Positions 35,079 through 46,534 of a DNA stretch of 50,512 nt are shown piece by piece. The first letter of the stretch is position 1. The number at the start of each line of letters is the position of its first letter. The stretch lies in contig CAINIH010000048.1 of NCBI GenBank assembly GCA_903849185.1, positions 1 through 50,512 on the forward strand. The letters are read 5' to 3'. This stretch comes from an uncultured Methylophilaceae bacterium (GTDB lineage Bacteria; Pseudomonadota; Gammaproteobacteria; Burkholderiales; Methylophilaceae). The notes under the pieces are model-generated. The model saw nothing but the letters and a program-made list of their open reading frames with translations. It made no database searches and was not told the origin of the DNA. Both the position numbers and the translations under genes were made by a program.

Positions 35079-36335
35079 ATGGCTCAAACGTCATTTATTC
35101 ATAGTAATCAAGGCAGCCTGTTTGCGGAAGCCGTTTCGCTTGAGACAATTGCAAATCAATTTGGTACGCCAACTTACGTTTATTCAAAAAATATACTAAT
35201 TCAAACTTTTGAATCTTTTAAAAAAGGACTTCTTAAAACAGACCATCTGATATGTTTTGCGGTAAAAGCTAATTCTAATATTGCAATTCTCAATCTTTTT
35301 GCGAGCTTAGGCGCTGGCTTTGATATTGTGTCAGGCGGTGAACTTGAGCGTGTGATCTATGCCGGCGGCGACCCACAAAAAATTGTGTTTTCGGGTGTAG
35401 GTAAAACAGCATCTGAAATCGAAGCGGCTTTAAAAGCAAACATATTATGTTTCAATGTGGAATCTCGAAGCGAACTTCTTCGTATTGAAGAAGTTGCAAA
35501 AAAAATCAATATCAAAGCACCTATCTCTATTCGAGTAAATCCAGATGTCGATGCTAAAACGCATCCTTATATTTCAACAGGATTAAAAGACAATAAATTT
35601 GGTGTTGATTTTAATCAAGCATTAACACTTTACCTTGAAGCAAAAAGTATGAGTCATATTGAAATCAAAGGTATTGATTGTCATATTGGCTCACAGATCA
35701 CGGAACTGAAACCCTTTGTGGATGCATTAGATCGTGTTTTATCTTTAGTAGATCAACTCAAAAAAAATGATATTCATTTAAGTCATGTTGATATTGGCGG
35801 TGGCATTGGCATTTGTTATCAAGATGAATCACCTCCAGATTTTGAAATCTACACAAAAGAAATTTTAAGTAAGATTCAAAATCTTAATGTCAAAATTATT
35901 TTTGAACCTGGTCGAGCACTAGTGGGTAATGCGGGGGTTCTTTTATCTAAAGTCGAATATCTAAAACAAAATGATGTGAAGCATTTCGCCATTATTGATG
36001 CTGCAATGAACGATCTCATGCGACCTACTTTATATGATGCTTATCACGAGATTAAAGTAGTACATGAACATGATACAAAATCTCAATCATTTGATGTTGT
36101 TGGTCCTGTATGTGAGAGTGGTGACTTTATTGCAAAAAATCGATCATTAAAATTAAAAGAAAATGATCTTATTTGTATTATGTCAGCAGGTGCTTATGGC
36201 ATGAGCATGAGTTCAAATTACAACTCTCGCGGTCGTGCTGCTGAGGTGATGGTAGATCGAGATAAAGTTTTTGAAGTTAGAACACGTGAGAAATCGAGCG
36301 ATCTATTTAAGCTCGAAAAGAAAATCCCGCTTTAA
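35079..36335 (+). CDS. lysA: Diaminopimelate decarboxylase
   Basis: FAVKAN, HPYISTG, HIGSQ, EPGR, GPVCESGD, GAYG..MSSNYN. Confidence 0.97.
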   Translation: MAQTSFIHSNQGSLFAEAVSLETIANQFGTPTYVYSKNILIQTFESFKKGLLKTDHLICFAVKANSNIAILNLFASLGAGFDIVSGGELERVIYAGGDPQKIVFSGVGKTASEIEAALKANILCFNVESRSELLRIEEVAKKINIKAPISIRVNPDVDAKTHPYISTGLKDNKFGVDFNQALTLYLEAKSMSHIEIKGIDCHIGSQITELKPFVDALDRVLSLVDQLKKNDIHLSHVDIGGGIGICYQDESPPDFEIYTKEILSKIQNLNVKIIFEPGRALVGNAGVLLSKVEYLKQNDVKHFAIIDAAMNDLMRPTLYDAYHEIKVVHEHDTKSQSFDVVGPVCESGDFIAKNRSLKLKENDLICIMSAGAYGMSMSSNYNSRGRAAEVMVDRDKVFEVRTREKSSDLFKLEKKIPL

Positions 36336-37186
36336 TCAAAAATAACGGTTTTATTTGCATAGATGAGAATGCGATTCTCAATATGCCAACGCACTGCTTT
36401 AGATAAAACAATTCGCTCTAAATCTCTGCCTTTTTGAATAAGGTCTTCGACTTGGTCACGATGAGAAATGCGATCAATATCTTGCTCGATAATCGGGCCT
36501 TCATCTAATACTTCGGTGACGTAGTGGCTTGTTGCACCAATCAACTTAACCCCTCGCTCAAAAGCGCGATGATAAGGTCTTGCACCAATAAAGGCGGGTA
36601 AGAAAGAATGGTGAATATTAATAACGCGCTGTGGATAACGCTTTACAAAATCTTCGCTTAAAATTTGCATATAGCGTGCGAGCACAATGAAGTCGACTTG
36701 ATACTTATCAAACAATTCAAATTGCTTTGCTTCGGCTTCTTTCTTTTTATCTTTTTCAACCGGAATATGAAAAAAAGGAATGCCATAAAATTCAGCGAGT
36801 TTTTGGGTGTCTAGATGATTACTAATAATAAGTGGAATGTCGCATTGAAGCTCATTATTCTTGTAGCGATGAAGTAAATCTGCTAAACAATGATCGTATT
36901 GCGACACCATAATAGCCATACGGGGTTTGTCTTTAGAAAGCTTTAATTCCCATGTCATCTTATAAGTTTTGGCGATGCTATCAAAAGCCTTTGCAAAAGA
37001 AGCTTCATCCAATGAAAAATCTTTTAAGTCCCATTCCACACGCATAAGGAAGAGGCTATTTTCAGCGTCTTGGTGTTGATCAGCATGCAAAATATTTGCA
37101 TTATGTTGATATAAAAAATCTGCGATAGCCGCCACAATACCTTTGGTATCAGGGCATGTAATTAATAAGGTTGCTGTATTTTTCAT
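36332..37186 (-). CDS. purU: Formyltetrahydrofolate deformylase
   Basis: ACT-domain CPDTKGIV, LARYMQILS, INIHHSFLP, GATSHYV..LDEGPII; start at MKNTATL (37186). Confidence 0.96.
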   Translation of the reverse strand: MKNTATLLITCPDTKGIVAAIADFLYQHNANILHADQHQDAENSLFLMRVEWDLKDFSLDEASFAKAFDSIAKTYKMTWELKLSKDKPRMAIMVSQYDHCLADLLHRYKNNELQCDIPLIISNHLDTQKLAEFYGIPFFHIPVEKDKKKEAEAKQFELFDKYQVDFIVLARYMQILSEDFVKRYPQRVINIHHSFLPAFIGARPYHRAFERGVKLIGATSHYVTEVLDEGPIIEQDIDRISHRDQVEDLIQKGRDLERIVLSKAVRWHIENRILIYANKTVIFD

Positions 37187-37282
37187 AAGATTAGGTATCC
37201 ATCTTGAATAAAACGAATTATACATGGACAATCAGGAATAAAATAATAAGTCATCACTATCAAAAGCCCTAAAATACAATCT

Positions 37283-38224
37283 ATGGCAGATAAAATTAAT
37301 ATCCTTTTAGCTAATCCTCGCGGCTTTTGTGCAGGCGTAGATCGAGCGATTCAAATCGTCGAAGAAGCATTATCTCAATACGGAAAACCTATTTATGTGC
37401 GACACGAAGTGGTACATAACCAATATGTCATCAACGATTTAAAAATAAAAGGTGCCGTTTTTATTGAAGATCTTAATGATGTACCTAAAGGATCTCATGT
37501 CATTTTTAGTGCTCATGGTATTTCAAAAGCCATTCGTGAAGAAGCAAAATCACGCGAACTCATACCGATCGATGCCACTTGTCCATTAGTTACTAAAGTT
37601 CACGTCGAAGTAAATAAAATGCTCAATCAAGGTATGGACATTATTATGATTGGACATAAAGGTCATCCCGAAGTAGAAGGCACGATGGGCCAAATTGAAG
37701 AGCATCATACAAATCGCAAAATGCACTTAATCGAAACGATTGAAGATGTTAAACATTTAATCGTTGATCATCCCGACAAGATTGCCTATGTGACCCAAAC
37801 CACACTATCGATTGACGACACAAAAGCAATCATTGAAGCTTTAAAAACAAAATACCCAAATATCCAAGGACCTAAAAGTGATGACATTTGTTATGCCACA
37901 CAAAATAGACAAGATGCAGTAAAAGAAATAAGTGGCTTATGTGATCTCATTATTATTGTGGGCTCTCAGAATAGTTCTAATTCAAATCGTCTCAAAGAGT
38001 TAGCTTTAAGAGAAGGCGTTGAAGCTTATATGATTGATCATGAAGATGCACTTCAGTCATCCTGGCTTCTTAATAAAAAAAATATTGGTATTTCAGCAGG
38101 GGCTTCGGCACCGGAGATCAGCGTTAAAAATATTGTAAACAAAATTGAATCACTTACAAAAGCTCATATCCGTGAACTTCCAGGCGTTGAAGAAAGTGTT
38201 GTTTTCAGATTGCCTAAGATTTAA
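37283..38224 (+). CDS. ispH: 4-hydroxy-3-methylbut-2-enyl diphosphate reductase
   Basis: PRGFCAGV, VVHN, DATCPLV, HPEV, ICYAT, SSNS, AGASAP. Confidence 0.97.
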   Translation: MADKINILLANPRGFCAGVDRAIQIVEEALSQYGKPIYVRHEVVHNQYVINDLKIKGAVFIEDLNDVPKGSHVIFSAHGISKAIREEAKSRELIPIDATCPLVTKVHVEVNKMLNQGMDIIMIGHKGHPEVEGTMGQIEEHHTNRKMHLIETIEDVKHLIVDHPDKIAYVTQTTLSIDDTKAIIEALKTKYPNIQGPKSDDICYATQNRQDAVKEISGLCDLIIIVGSQNSSNSNRLKELALREGVEAYMIDHEDALQSSWLLNKKNIGISAGASAPEISVKNIVNKIESLTKAHIRELPGVEESVVFRLPKI

Positions 38225-38226
38225 AT

Positions 38227-38676
38227 ATGGCTTTTAAAAAACCTATTTCCTCTCTTATATTAATTTATACAGAAGATTTTAAAGTGCTACTTATGGAGCG
38301 TGCTGATAAGAAAGGTTTCTGGCAATCTGTCACAGGAAGTTTAGAAGAGAACGAAACACCAAGAGATGCTGCTATAAGAGAAGTATTTGAAGAAACGGGA
38401 ATCAATACAAGCCAGTATGATCTTGAAGATTGGAAACTTTCCCACATTTATGAAATTTACACGCATTGGCGATATCGTTATGCCCCTGATGTGACTCACA
38501 ATACAGAACATATCTTTGGGCTTAAAGTCCCAGCAACCATACCTATTCAATTATCAAAAGATGAGCATGTGCAATATCGATGGGTCGATTGGCGTGATGC
38601 CATGGATAAAGTTTTTTCTTGGACTAATGTCGAGGCCATTAAAAAATTAGCCGAAATTCATCAACTAAAACTGTAA
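38227..38676 (+). CDS. nudB: Dihydroneopterin triphosphate diphosphatase
   Basis: FWQSVTGS plus Nudix box REVFEETG, YEI..WRYRY, NTEH. Confidence 0.92.
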   Translation: MAFKKPISSLILIYTEDFKVLLMERADKKGFWQSVTGSLEENETPRDAAIREVFEETGINTSQYDLEDWKLSHIYEIYTHWRYRYAPDVTHNTEHIFGLKVPATIPIQLSKDEHVQYRWVDWRDAMDKVFSWTNVEAIKKLAEIHQLKL

Positions 38677-38688
38677 AATAGACATTCT

Positions 38689-39786
38689 ATGCAAGTTGCT
38701 CAAATTAAATTTAATGCGTTTGAATCTATCAGCGATGACGATTGCCAACAAAGAATTATTGCAGCCAAAAATAAACTGGGTAAAGATTTAGTCATCTTAG
38801 GTCATCATTATCAACATGAATCCGTGTATCGACATGCAGATTACACAGGTGACTCCCTTAAACTTTCTCGCGTCGTTGAATCTCTTGACGCTAAATATAT
38901 TGTATTTTTAGGTGTGCACTTCATGGCTGAAGTTGCAAACATTCTATCGAGACCTGATCAAATGACGATTCTTCCAGATCTAGCCGCGGGATGCTCAATG
39001 GCAGATATGGCGAACTTAAGCAAAGTGGAAAGAAGTTATCGAGAACTTTCAAAAGTACTTTCATTTGATGAAGTCATAACCCCTGTCACCTATATTAATT
39101 CTGCAGCAGACCTCAAAGCTTTCTGTGGTGAACATGGTGGGATTGTCTGCACTTCAACTAATGCCACAAAAATTATTGAATGGTCATTTAAACAACGTGA
39201 AAAAGTTTTATTTTTCCCTGATCAAAATCTAGGTCGTTGGAGTGGTCACAAAATGGGTATTCCCTTAGATGAGATGCCTGTATGGGATCCTGATCTTCCA
39301 CTTGGAGGACTTACTGAAGCACAAATTAAAAAAGCGAAGATTTTTTTATGGAAAGGTCATTGTGCCGTCCATCAAATGTTTCGTCTTCAAAATATTGAAC
39401 GCTTTAGAGAACAGCATCCCGATGGCAAAGTCATTTCTCATCCCGAATGTCCTTTTGAAGTCTGCTCTCATTCAGATTATGTGGGTTCCACTGAATACAT
39501 TTTAAAAACCATTACTGAAGCGCCTCAAGGGACCAAGTGGCTTGTGGGTACTGAACTTAATTTAGTCAATCGTCTTGCTAATCAAATGAAATCTGAAGGC
39601 AAGCTTGTGCAATTTATGTCGCATGTCATTTGTGAATGTTCAACCATGGCACGTATCGATCCTCAACACCTTGCGTGGTGTCTAGAAAATATTGTCAACT
39701 ACAAACCTGTCAATATTATTAAAGTCCCTGAACATGAAGCAAAATTAGCTAAGTTAACGCTTGATCGTATGCTTCAGGTGTCCTAA
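38689..39786 (+). CDS. nadA: Quinolinate synthase
   Basis: HHYQ, GDSL, GVHFMAE, GCSMA, YINS, CTSTN, CAVH, HPEC, CECSTM. Confidence 0.95.
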   Translation: MQVAQIKFNAFESISDDDCQQRIIAAKNKLGKDLVILGHHYQHESVYRHADYTGDSLKLSRVVESLDAKYIVFLGVHFMAEVANILSRPDQMTILPDLAAGCSMADMANLSKVERSYRELSKVLSFDEVITPVTYINSAADLKAFCGEHGGIVCTSTNATKIIEWSFKQREKVLFFPDQNLGRWSGHKMGIPLDEMPVWDPDLPLGGLTEAQIKKAKIFLWKGHCAVHQMFRLQNIERFREQHPDGKVISHPECPFEVCSHSDYVGSTEYILKTITEAPQGTKWLVGTELNLVNRLANQMKSEGKLVQFMSHVICECSTMARIDPQHLAWCLENIVNYKPVNIIKVPEHEAKLAKLTLDRMLQVS

Positions 39787-39789
39787 ATC

Positions 39790-40200
39790 ATGTCATGTGC
39801 AATTTGTAATGGTCTTGATGGGGAAATTATCTGGAATGACAACACACTTCGTGTAGTTCTATTAGATCATCCAGATTATAAAGGTTACTGTCGTGTTGAA
39901 TTGATTGCCCATCAAAAAGAAATGACTGACTTAGATGAAGCGCTTCAATTTAACATCATGCGTTGTGTATTTAAAGTTGAAACAGTTTTAAGAAAAATTT
40001 TTAATCCTGCAAAAATTAACTTAGCAAGCTTAGGCAATAAAACCCCACATATTCACTGGCATATCATTCCCCGCTTTAAAGAGGATGCGCACTTTCCAAA
40101 TTCACATTGGGGAGAAAAGTTAAGAGATGGTTTACATCAAACTATATCGGCACAAGAAAAAAAAGAGCTGATTACATTACTTAATCAGTCTTTAAGCTAA
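39790..40200 (+). CDS. HIT family hydrolase
   Basis: N-terminal CxxC, NLASLGN, HIHWH histidine triad. Confidence 0.88.
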   Translation: MSCAICNGLDGEIIWNDNTLRVVLLDHPDYKGYCRVELIAHQKEMTDLDEALQFNIMRCVFKVETVLRKIFNPAKINLASLGNKTPHIHWHIIPRFKEDAHFPNSHWGEKLRDGLHQTISAQEKKELITLLNQSLS

Positions 40201-40500
40201 TAAGCGCGTCACAACTTTTCCTTGTTGAATATGGCTTTCGATAATTTCATCGATATCTTGTTCGTCGATAAAGTTATACCAAGTAGCTTCCGGATAAATC
40301 ACAAGCAAAGGCCCTTCGCCACAACGATCAAAACAGCCTGCTCGATTAATTCTTACCTTTGATTCACCATTTAAATCGAGCGATTTAATTTTCGATTTCA
40401 TATACATAAACATAGTCTCACTGCCTTTATCTGCGCAGCAAGCTTCGCCATCATCGCGCTGATTTAAACAAAAGAAAATATGATGTTTGTAATAATTCAT
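40192..40500 (-). CDS. Thioredoxin-like [2Fe-2S] ferredoxin
   Basis: HIFFCLNQR..ACC..RINRAGCFDRC..GP..VIYPEATWY. Confidence 0.9.
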   Translation of the reverse strand: MNYYKHHIFFCLNQRDDGEACCADKGSETMFMYMKSKIKSLDLNGESKVRINRAGCFDRCGEGPLLVIYPEATWYNFIDEQDIDEIIESHIQQGKVVTRLLA

Positions 40501-41376
40501 TTATTGAGATGACAAGGTGTCGTCTTTCGTAAAAGTCCAAGTTCTTGTAATGCTTAATATATCCACTTCTTTTCTAATATCTTCAGGGAAAGGTGCATAG
40601 GGTGCGCCTAATTCCACAATTTTTCGGGCAGCTTCATCTAGTATTTTAAATCCTGAGCTTTGATTAATTTCAATATTATCAATTCTTCCGTCAGGCTTTA
40701 AAGAAACCGTCATTCTCAATTGACCTGAAAATTTCTTTTCACGCGCTTCCTCTGGATAATTCATATTACCTAAGGTTTCCACTTTTTGTCGCCACGCTTC
40801 TGCATAAAGTGCGTATTTATATTCTTTGGTACGTGCACCAATATATTTTCGTCTAGGCTGTTTCTCAAAATTAGAAGTTTGATTTGATAGAGCAGCATCT
40901 GATGCGCTTATTTCACTCGCACTCGCCAAAACATCTTCTTTACTAATCGATTTATTGATGACTTTTGATTCTTTCGGCTGTTGAACTGCTTTGGGCTCAT
41001 TTAATGTGGGCGCTTCTTTTTTTACAATTTTTTCTTGCGAAGAACTTGAAGCTTTTCCAACTATAGGTTGATCACCACGATTATTAAGTTGAAAAGTATT
41101 TTTATTTTCAGTGACGATAGGTAATGGTGTCTTTTTATGGACGTCCTTTTCTATATTGCCGCCCTTATTAGAATTACTTTGCCCCAAAACATCAGCATCA
41201 ACTTGACGATTATCTTTGGAGTTGGTTAAAACAACCTCAATTTGGGAAAGCTGATTTTGAAAGGGCTTTGTAGGTTTAAAGTGTATAAGTTGAATGGCTA
41301 AAAAATGTAATACAAAAGATAAAAGAATAGAAAGCTTAAGAATATTATTCTTATATAGACTTTCATCTGTGGGCAT
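40501..41376 (-). CDS. TonB-family energy transducer (TonB/TolA C-terminal domain)
   Basis: TM helix with SFVLH, extended linker, YPEEAR, SSG..ILDEAA, ITRTWTF. Confidence 0.82.
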   Translation of the reverse strand: MPTDESLYKNNILKLSILLSFVLHFLAIQLIHFKPTKPFQNQLSQIEVVLTNSKDNRQVDADVLGQSNSNKGGNIEKDVHKKTPLPIVTENKNTFQLNNRGDQPIVGKASSSSQEKIVKKEAPTLNEPKAVQQPKESKVINKSISKEDVLASASEISASDAALSNQTSNFEKQPRRKYIGARTKEYKYALYAEAWRQKVETLGNMNYPEEAREKKFSGQLRMTVSLKPDGRIDNIEINQSSGFKILDEAARKIVELGAPYAPFPEDIRKEVDILSITRTWTFTKDDTLSSQ

Positions 41377-41379
41377 AAC

Positions 41380-42744
41380 TTAAGCTATCCCTTTTAATAA
41401 AGTTTGATGAATGCCATTAAAACTACCATTACTCATGACGAGAATATGGTCGCCTGATTTCGCTTCTTTTAAAATAGCTGCGACAAAATTTTTCATATCA
41501 TGCCCCACTAATGATTTGTCTTTGATAGGGGTTAATGCTTCTTCGGCATTCCAAGTTAATTTTTCACCATAACAAAATATTTTATCTGCATCCTTTAAAC
41601 TCTCAGGCAGTGCGTTCTTCATCGTGCCTAATTTCATCGTATTAGATCTTGGTTCTAGAACTGCAATGATTCTTGCTTTGCCCACTTTCGCACGTAAACC
41701 TGCAAGCGTTGTGGATATCGCTGCTGGATGATGCGCAAAATCATCGTAAATCGTGATACCACTTTTTTCACCGATACATTCCATTCTACGTTTTACGTTT
41801 TTGAATGTTTGTAACGCTTCTATCGCATCTTCAAATTTAACGCCTACGTGATGTGATGCTGCAATCGCAGCAAGTGCATTCATACGATTATGATGACCTA
41901 AAAGATCCCAAGATAAAGTGCCTATTAATTGACCAAGATTCAAAATTTCAAATGATTGGTCTTGATTCACTTGACCAATCGACAAGCCTTGCGGACTTCC
42001 AATGTAAACTTTTTCTGACCAACAGCCTCTTTCAATCACTCTTTTTAAGCTGTCTTCTTCACCATTAATAATGACACGTCCAATGCCAGGCACCATGCGC
42101 ACCATATGATGAAATTGCGTTTCAATCGCATGAAGGTCTGGGAATATATCTGCATGATCATATTCAAGATTATTTAAAATCGCGGTCTTTGGATGGTAAT
42201 GGACAAACTTAGATCGTTTATCAAAAAAAGCCGTGTCATATTCGTCTGCTTCAATCACAAAGAAAGGTGAAGCTTCATTCGATTTATTTTTTTGTGGCAA
42301 ACGGGCTGAGCCGTCAAAATTAAGTGGCACACCACCAATGAGAAAGCCTGGTGCGTAGCCATTAAATTCTAAAATCCAAGCAAGCATGGATGTTGTAGTT
42401 GTTTTGCCATGTGTACCCGCAACCGCTAGCACCCATTTATCTTTTAAGATTGCTTCATAAAGCCATTGCGGCCCTGAAATATAAGGCAAGCCCTGATTCA
42501 TAATTTCTTCCATCAAAGGATTGCCACGAGATACCACATTCCCAATCACATATAGATCAGGCTTTAATTCAGTTTGCTTTTTATCAAATCCTTCGATGAG
42601 CTCAATACCAATACTTTCTAATTGGGTGCTCATCGGTGGATAAACATTGGTATCGCAACCAGTCACTTTATAACCAGAAGCTTTAGCAAGGGAGGCCACG
42701 CCACCCATAAATGTTCCGCAAATACCTAAGATATGAATATGCAT
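41380..42744 (-). CDS. mpl: UDP-MurNAc:tripeptide ligase (murein peptide ligase)
   Basis: HILGICGTFMG, GTHGKTTT, EADEYDTAFFDKRSK, DDFAHHP, EPRSNTM. Confidence 0.96.
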   Translation of the reverse strand: MHIHILGICGTFMGGVASLAKASGYKVTGCDTNVYPPMSTQLESIGIELIEGFDKKQTELKPDLYVIGNVVSRGNPLMEEIMNQGLPYISGPQWLYEAILKDKWVLAVAGTHGKTTTTSMLAWILEFNGYAPGFLIGGVPLNFDGSARLPQKNKSNEASPFFVIEADEYDTAFFDKRSKFVHYHPKTAILNNLEYDHADIFPDLHAIETQFHHMVRMVPGIGRVIINGEEDSLKRVIERGCWSEKVYIGSPQGLSIGQVNQDQSFEILNLGQLIGTLSWDLLGHHNRMNALAAIAASHHVGVKFEDAIEALQTFKNVKRRMECIGEKSGITIYDDFAHHPAAISTTLAGLRAKVGKARIIAVLEPRSNTMKLGTMKNALPESLKDADKIFCYGEKLTWNAEEALTPIKDKSLVGHDMKNFVAAILKEAKSGDHILVMSNGSFNGIHQTLLKGIA

Positions 42745-42754
42745 TTTTGTTGTC

Positions 42755-45700
42755 TTATAAATTAGGCGCTAACCATTTTTTTAAAAATTCAATCGATACA
42801 TCTCGACGCTTAGCCATATCTTTTAATTGATCATCGCCAATTTTATCGACACTAAAATACTGCGCTTCTGGATGTGCAAAATAAAAACCTGAAACTGATG
42901 CAGCAGGTGTCATCGCAAATGAATCAGTGAGATGCATATCGATTTCATCTAACTTTAATTGCGTAAAAATATCTTTTTTAACAGTATGATCAGGACACGC
43001 AGGATATCCGGGTGCTGGTCGAATACCTTGATAATCTTCTTTAATGAGTGATGCTTTATCTAAATTTTCATCTGTCACATAACCCCATAAATCTTTTCTG
43101 ACGCGCTCATGCATATATTCAGCAAATGCTTCAGCTAAACGATCGGCCAAAGTTTTAAACATGATGCTACTGTAGTCATCATTTTTATTTTTAAATGTTT
43201 CTTCATATTTTTCCATACCCAATCCGCTCGTCACGGCAAAGATACCAATATAGTCTTTAATGTTTGATGATTTAGGTGCAATAAAGTCAGATAAACACTG
43301 ATTAGGTTTTTGTACGTTATCGACTTTAGGTTTTTCAGATTGCTGTCTTAAGCCATAGTATGTGAATAAAGTTTTTGTCCGTGATTCATCTTCATAAATT
43401 TCAATATCATCTTCCACGCTATTGGCCGGATAAAAAGCCACCACACCATTGGCCACAAGCGCTCGGTTGTTGATGAGTTTTGTAAGCATGGTTTGTGCTT
43501 CATTGAAAACTTGTGTAGCACTCTGACCCACAATAGGATCATTAAGTATGGCCGGATAAAAACCTACCAAGTCCCATGTCTGGAAAAATGGGCTCCAATC
43601 AATGTAAGGTGCGATTAAATTTAAATCGATATTTTTAAATACACGCTTACCAATAAATTTAGGAGTTTTAGGAGTGTATGCTTTATCAAATTGAAGTTTT
43701 AATTTATTAAGTCTTGCTTCTTGAAGCGTTAATAATTTGACGCCTTTTTTATTGGCATGTTGATCGCGTGCACGCGCATAATCTTTTTCAATATTACTGA
43801 TATATTGATCTTTTTGTTCAGGGGTTAAAAGAGATTGCATCACCGCTACAGATCTTGATGCATCAGGCACATAAATCACTGGCCCATCATAATGCGGTGC
43901 AATTTTAACCGCCGTATGAGCGCGAGAGGTCGTGGCACCTCCAATGAGAAGTGGTGTTTTCAATCCTCTAAAGTGAGGATCACGTTGCATTTCTTTTGCG
44001 ACATGTGTCATTTCTTCTAATGATGGTGTAATAAGTCCCGACAAACCAATAATGTCGACATTTTCTTTTTTAGCCATCTCTAAAATTTCTGAACACGGCA
44101 CCATGACGCCCATGTTAATCACTTCAAAGTTATTACATTGCAAGACAACTGACACAATATTTTTACCAATGTCATGCACATCACCTTTGACGGTTGCAAT
44201 GAGCATTTTGCCCTTAGGTTTTGAAACAACGCCCGTTCTTTCTTCTTCTAATTTTTTTTCTTCTTCAATGAAAGGAACTAAATGTGCCACAGCCTGCTTC
44301 ATGACACGTGCTGATTTCACTACTTGCGGTAAAAACATTTTGCCTTGTGCAAATAAATCGCCCACCACATTCATGCCATCCATCAAGGGACCTTCGATCA
44401 CATGAATCGGTCGTCCATTTTTTTGCATCGCTTCTAATCGTGCTTCTTCAGTATCTTCTACAATAAAATCTGTGATGCCATGTACCAATGCATATTCAAG
44501 TCTTTTATTCACTGAAATAGGTTCGGTTCCGGTACCACGCCAATTAAGCGTTTGAACTTCTTTTTTACTTCCTTTTAAAGTCCCTGCAATTTCAATCATT
44601 CTTTCTGTAGCATCAAGTCTTCGATTAAGGACAACATCTTCAACGCGCTCTTTAAGTTCTGGGTCAAGATCATCATAAACACCCATCATCCCGGCATTCA
44701 CAATCCCCATCGATAATCCAGCTTTAATCGCGTGATATAAAAAGACTGTATGAATCGCTTCTCGTGCGGCATCGTTGCCTCTAAAACTAAAACTCACATT
44801 GGAAACGCCACCTGAAATTTTTGCGTGTGGAAGATTTTCTTTGATCCATCTCGTGGCATTAATAAAATCAACAGCGTAATTATTGTGCTCTTCAATCCCT
44901 GTCGCGATCGCAAAAATATTTGGATCAAAAATAATATCTTCGGGCGGGAAATTAATTTTTGAAATTAATAAGTCGTAAGCGCGCTTACAAATTTCTGTTT
45001 TTCGTTTAAAAGTATCTGCTTGTCCTTTTTCATCGAAAGCCATCACAATCACAGCTGCACCATAACGTCTACATAATTTGGCTTGTCGAATAAATTCAGC
45101 TTCGCCTTCTTTCAGTGAAATCGAATTTACAATCGCTTTACCTTGGACACACTGGAGACCGGCTTCAATCACATCCCATTTTGATGAATCAATCATGATA
45201 GGGATGCGTGCAATATCAGGTTCTGATGCCACGAGATTTAAGAAATGCTTCATCGCTTTAACAGCATCAAGCATCCCTTCATCCATATTGATATCGATAA
45301 TCTGTGCGCCATTCTCTACTTGCTGACGCGCGACAGATAAAGCTTCATCATATTTTTCGTTAATAATTAAATTCGCAAATGCTTTTGAGCCTGTCACATT
45401 GGTTCGTTCGCCCACATTCACAAATAAAGAATCATCTTTAATTAAAAATGATTCGAGACCTGAAAGTCTTGTCACTGTTTCAACGCTTGGAATGTCTCGA
45501 GGCTTGATATTTTTTATTTCATTCGCAATCGCCTTAATATGTTCAGGTGTGGTCCCACAACAACCGCCCGCAATATTCACGAAACCACTTGTTGCAAATT
45601 CTTTTATTAATGACGAAGTGTCTTTTGGTTTCTCATCAAATCCTGTATCTGACATGGGGTTCGGTAAGCCTGCATTAGGATAAATACAAATATAAGTATC

Positions 45701-46534
45701 TGCAATGTTTGATAATTCTTCAGCATAGGGTCTCATGAGTGCTGCACCTAATGCGCAATTAAGCCCAATGGTCATCGGTTTTGCATGGCGCACTGAATTC
45801 CAAAATGCCGCGACTGTTTGACCAGATAAAATTCGACCCGAGGCGTCTGTGACCGTACCTGACAGCATGATCGGTAAGCGTATTTTATTTTCTTCAAAAT
45901 AAGTTTCGATCGCAAAAAGTGCCGCCTTACAATTTAATGTATCAAAAATGGTTTCAACAAGAAGAATATCGACGCCACCTTCAACTAATGCCTTCACTTG
46001 ATTGAAATAACTATTTTTTAATTCTTCAAATGTAATATTGCGTGCTGCGGGATCATTCACATCCGGTGAAATCGATGCGGTTTTGGGAGTAGGTCCAACT
46101 GCACCTGCTACAAATCTCGGTTTTTCTTTCGTTGAAAATTTTTCAACTGCTTGGCGCGCTAATTTGGCAGACGCTAAATTCATTTCATAAGCTAAATCTG
46201 ACATCGCATAATCTTCTTGTGCAATTTCAGTTGCGCCAAAAGTATTCGTTTCAATAATATCGGAACCTGCTTCTAGATAGGCTTCGTGAATGCCTTGAAT
46301 AATGTGTGGTTGAGTAAGACTTAATAACTCGTTATTGCCTTTAAGAAAAAGTTCACGCTTGCCTTCTGGTCCTGAAAATTTTGCAAAGCGACCATCTTGA
46401 CCGCCGCGATAATCTTCTTCGGTAAGCTTATGTTGTTGGATCATGGTGCCCATCGCGCCATCCAACAATAAAATACGTTCAGCTAAAAGTTTTCTGAGTA
46501 TTTTTTCTTGATCGGTCATGAAATCCTGTGGCAT
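42755..46534 (-). CDS. metH: Cobalamin-dependent methionine synthase
   Basis: [24 protein letters not shown] (B12 ligand), [12 protein letters not shown]. Start may instead be 46519. Confidence 0.97.
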   Translation of the reverse strand: MPQDFMTDQEKILRKLLAERILLLDGAMGTMIQQHKLTEEDYRGGQDGRFAKFSGPEGKRELFLKGNNELLSLTQPHIIQGIHEAYLEAGSDIIETNTFGATEIAQEDYAMSDLAYEMNLASAKLARQAVEKFSTKEKPRFVAGAVGPTPKTASISPDVNDPAARNITFEELKNSYFNQVKALVEGGVDILLVETIFDTLNCKAALFAIETYFEENKIRLPIMLSGTVTDASGRILSGQTVAAFWNSVRHAKPMTIGLNCALGAALMRPYAEELSNIADTYICIYPNAGLPNPMSDTGFDEKPKDTSSLIKEFATSGFVNIAGGCCGTTPEHIKAIANEIKNIKPRDIPSVETVTRLSGLESFLIKDDSLFVNVGERTNVTGSKAFANLIINEKYDEALSVARQQVENGAQIIDINMDEGMLDAVKAMKHFLNLVASEPDIARIPIMIDSSKWDVIEAGLQCVQGKAIVNSISLKEGEAEFIRQAKLCRRYGAAVIVMAFDEKGQADTFKRKTEICKRAYDLLISKINFPPEDIIFDPNIFAIATGIEEHNNYAVDFINATRWIKENLPHAKISGGVSNVSFSFRGNDAAREAIHTVFLYHAIKAGLSMGIVNAGMMGVYDDLDPELKERVEDVVLNRRLDATERMIEIAGTLKGSKKEVQTLNWRGTGTEPISVNKRLEYALVHGITDFIVEDTEEARLEAMQKNGRPIHVIEGPLMDGMNVVGDLFAQGKMFLPQVVKSARVMKQAVAHLVPFIEEEKKLEEERTGVVSKPKGKMLIATVKGDVHDIGKNIVSVVLQCNNFEVINMGVMVPCSEILEMAKKENVDIIGLSGLITPSLEEMTHVAKEMQRDPHFRGLKTPLLIGGATTSRAHTAVKIAPHYDGPVIYVPDASRSVAVMQSLLTPEQKDQYISNIEKDYARARDQHANKKGVKLLTLQEARLNKLKLQFDKAYTPKTPKFIGKRVFKNIDLNLIAPYIDWSPFFQTWDLVGFYPAILNDPIVGQSATQVFNEAQTMLTKLINNRALVANGVVAFYPANSVEDDIEIYEDESRTKTLFTYYGLRQQSEKPKVDNVQKPNQCLSDFIAPKSSNIKDYIGIFAVTSGLGMEKYEETFKNKNDDYSSIMFKTLADRLAEAFAEYMHERVRKDLWGYVTDENLDKASLIKEDYQGIRPAPGYPACPDHTVKKDIFTQLKLDEIDMHLTDSFAMTPAASVSGFYFAHPEAQYFSVDKIGDDQLKDMAKRRDVSIEFLKKWLAPNL

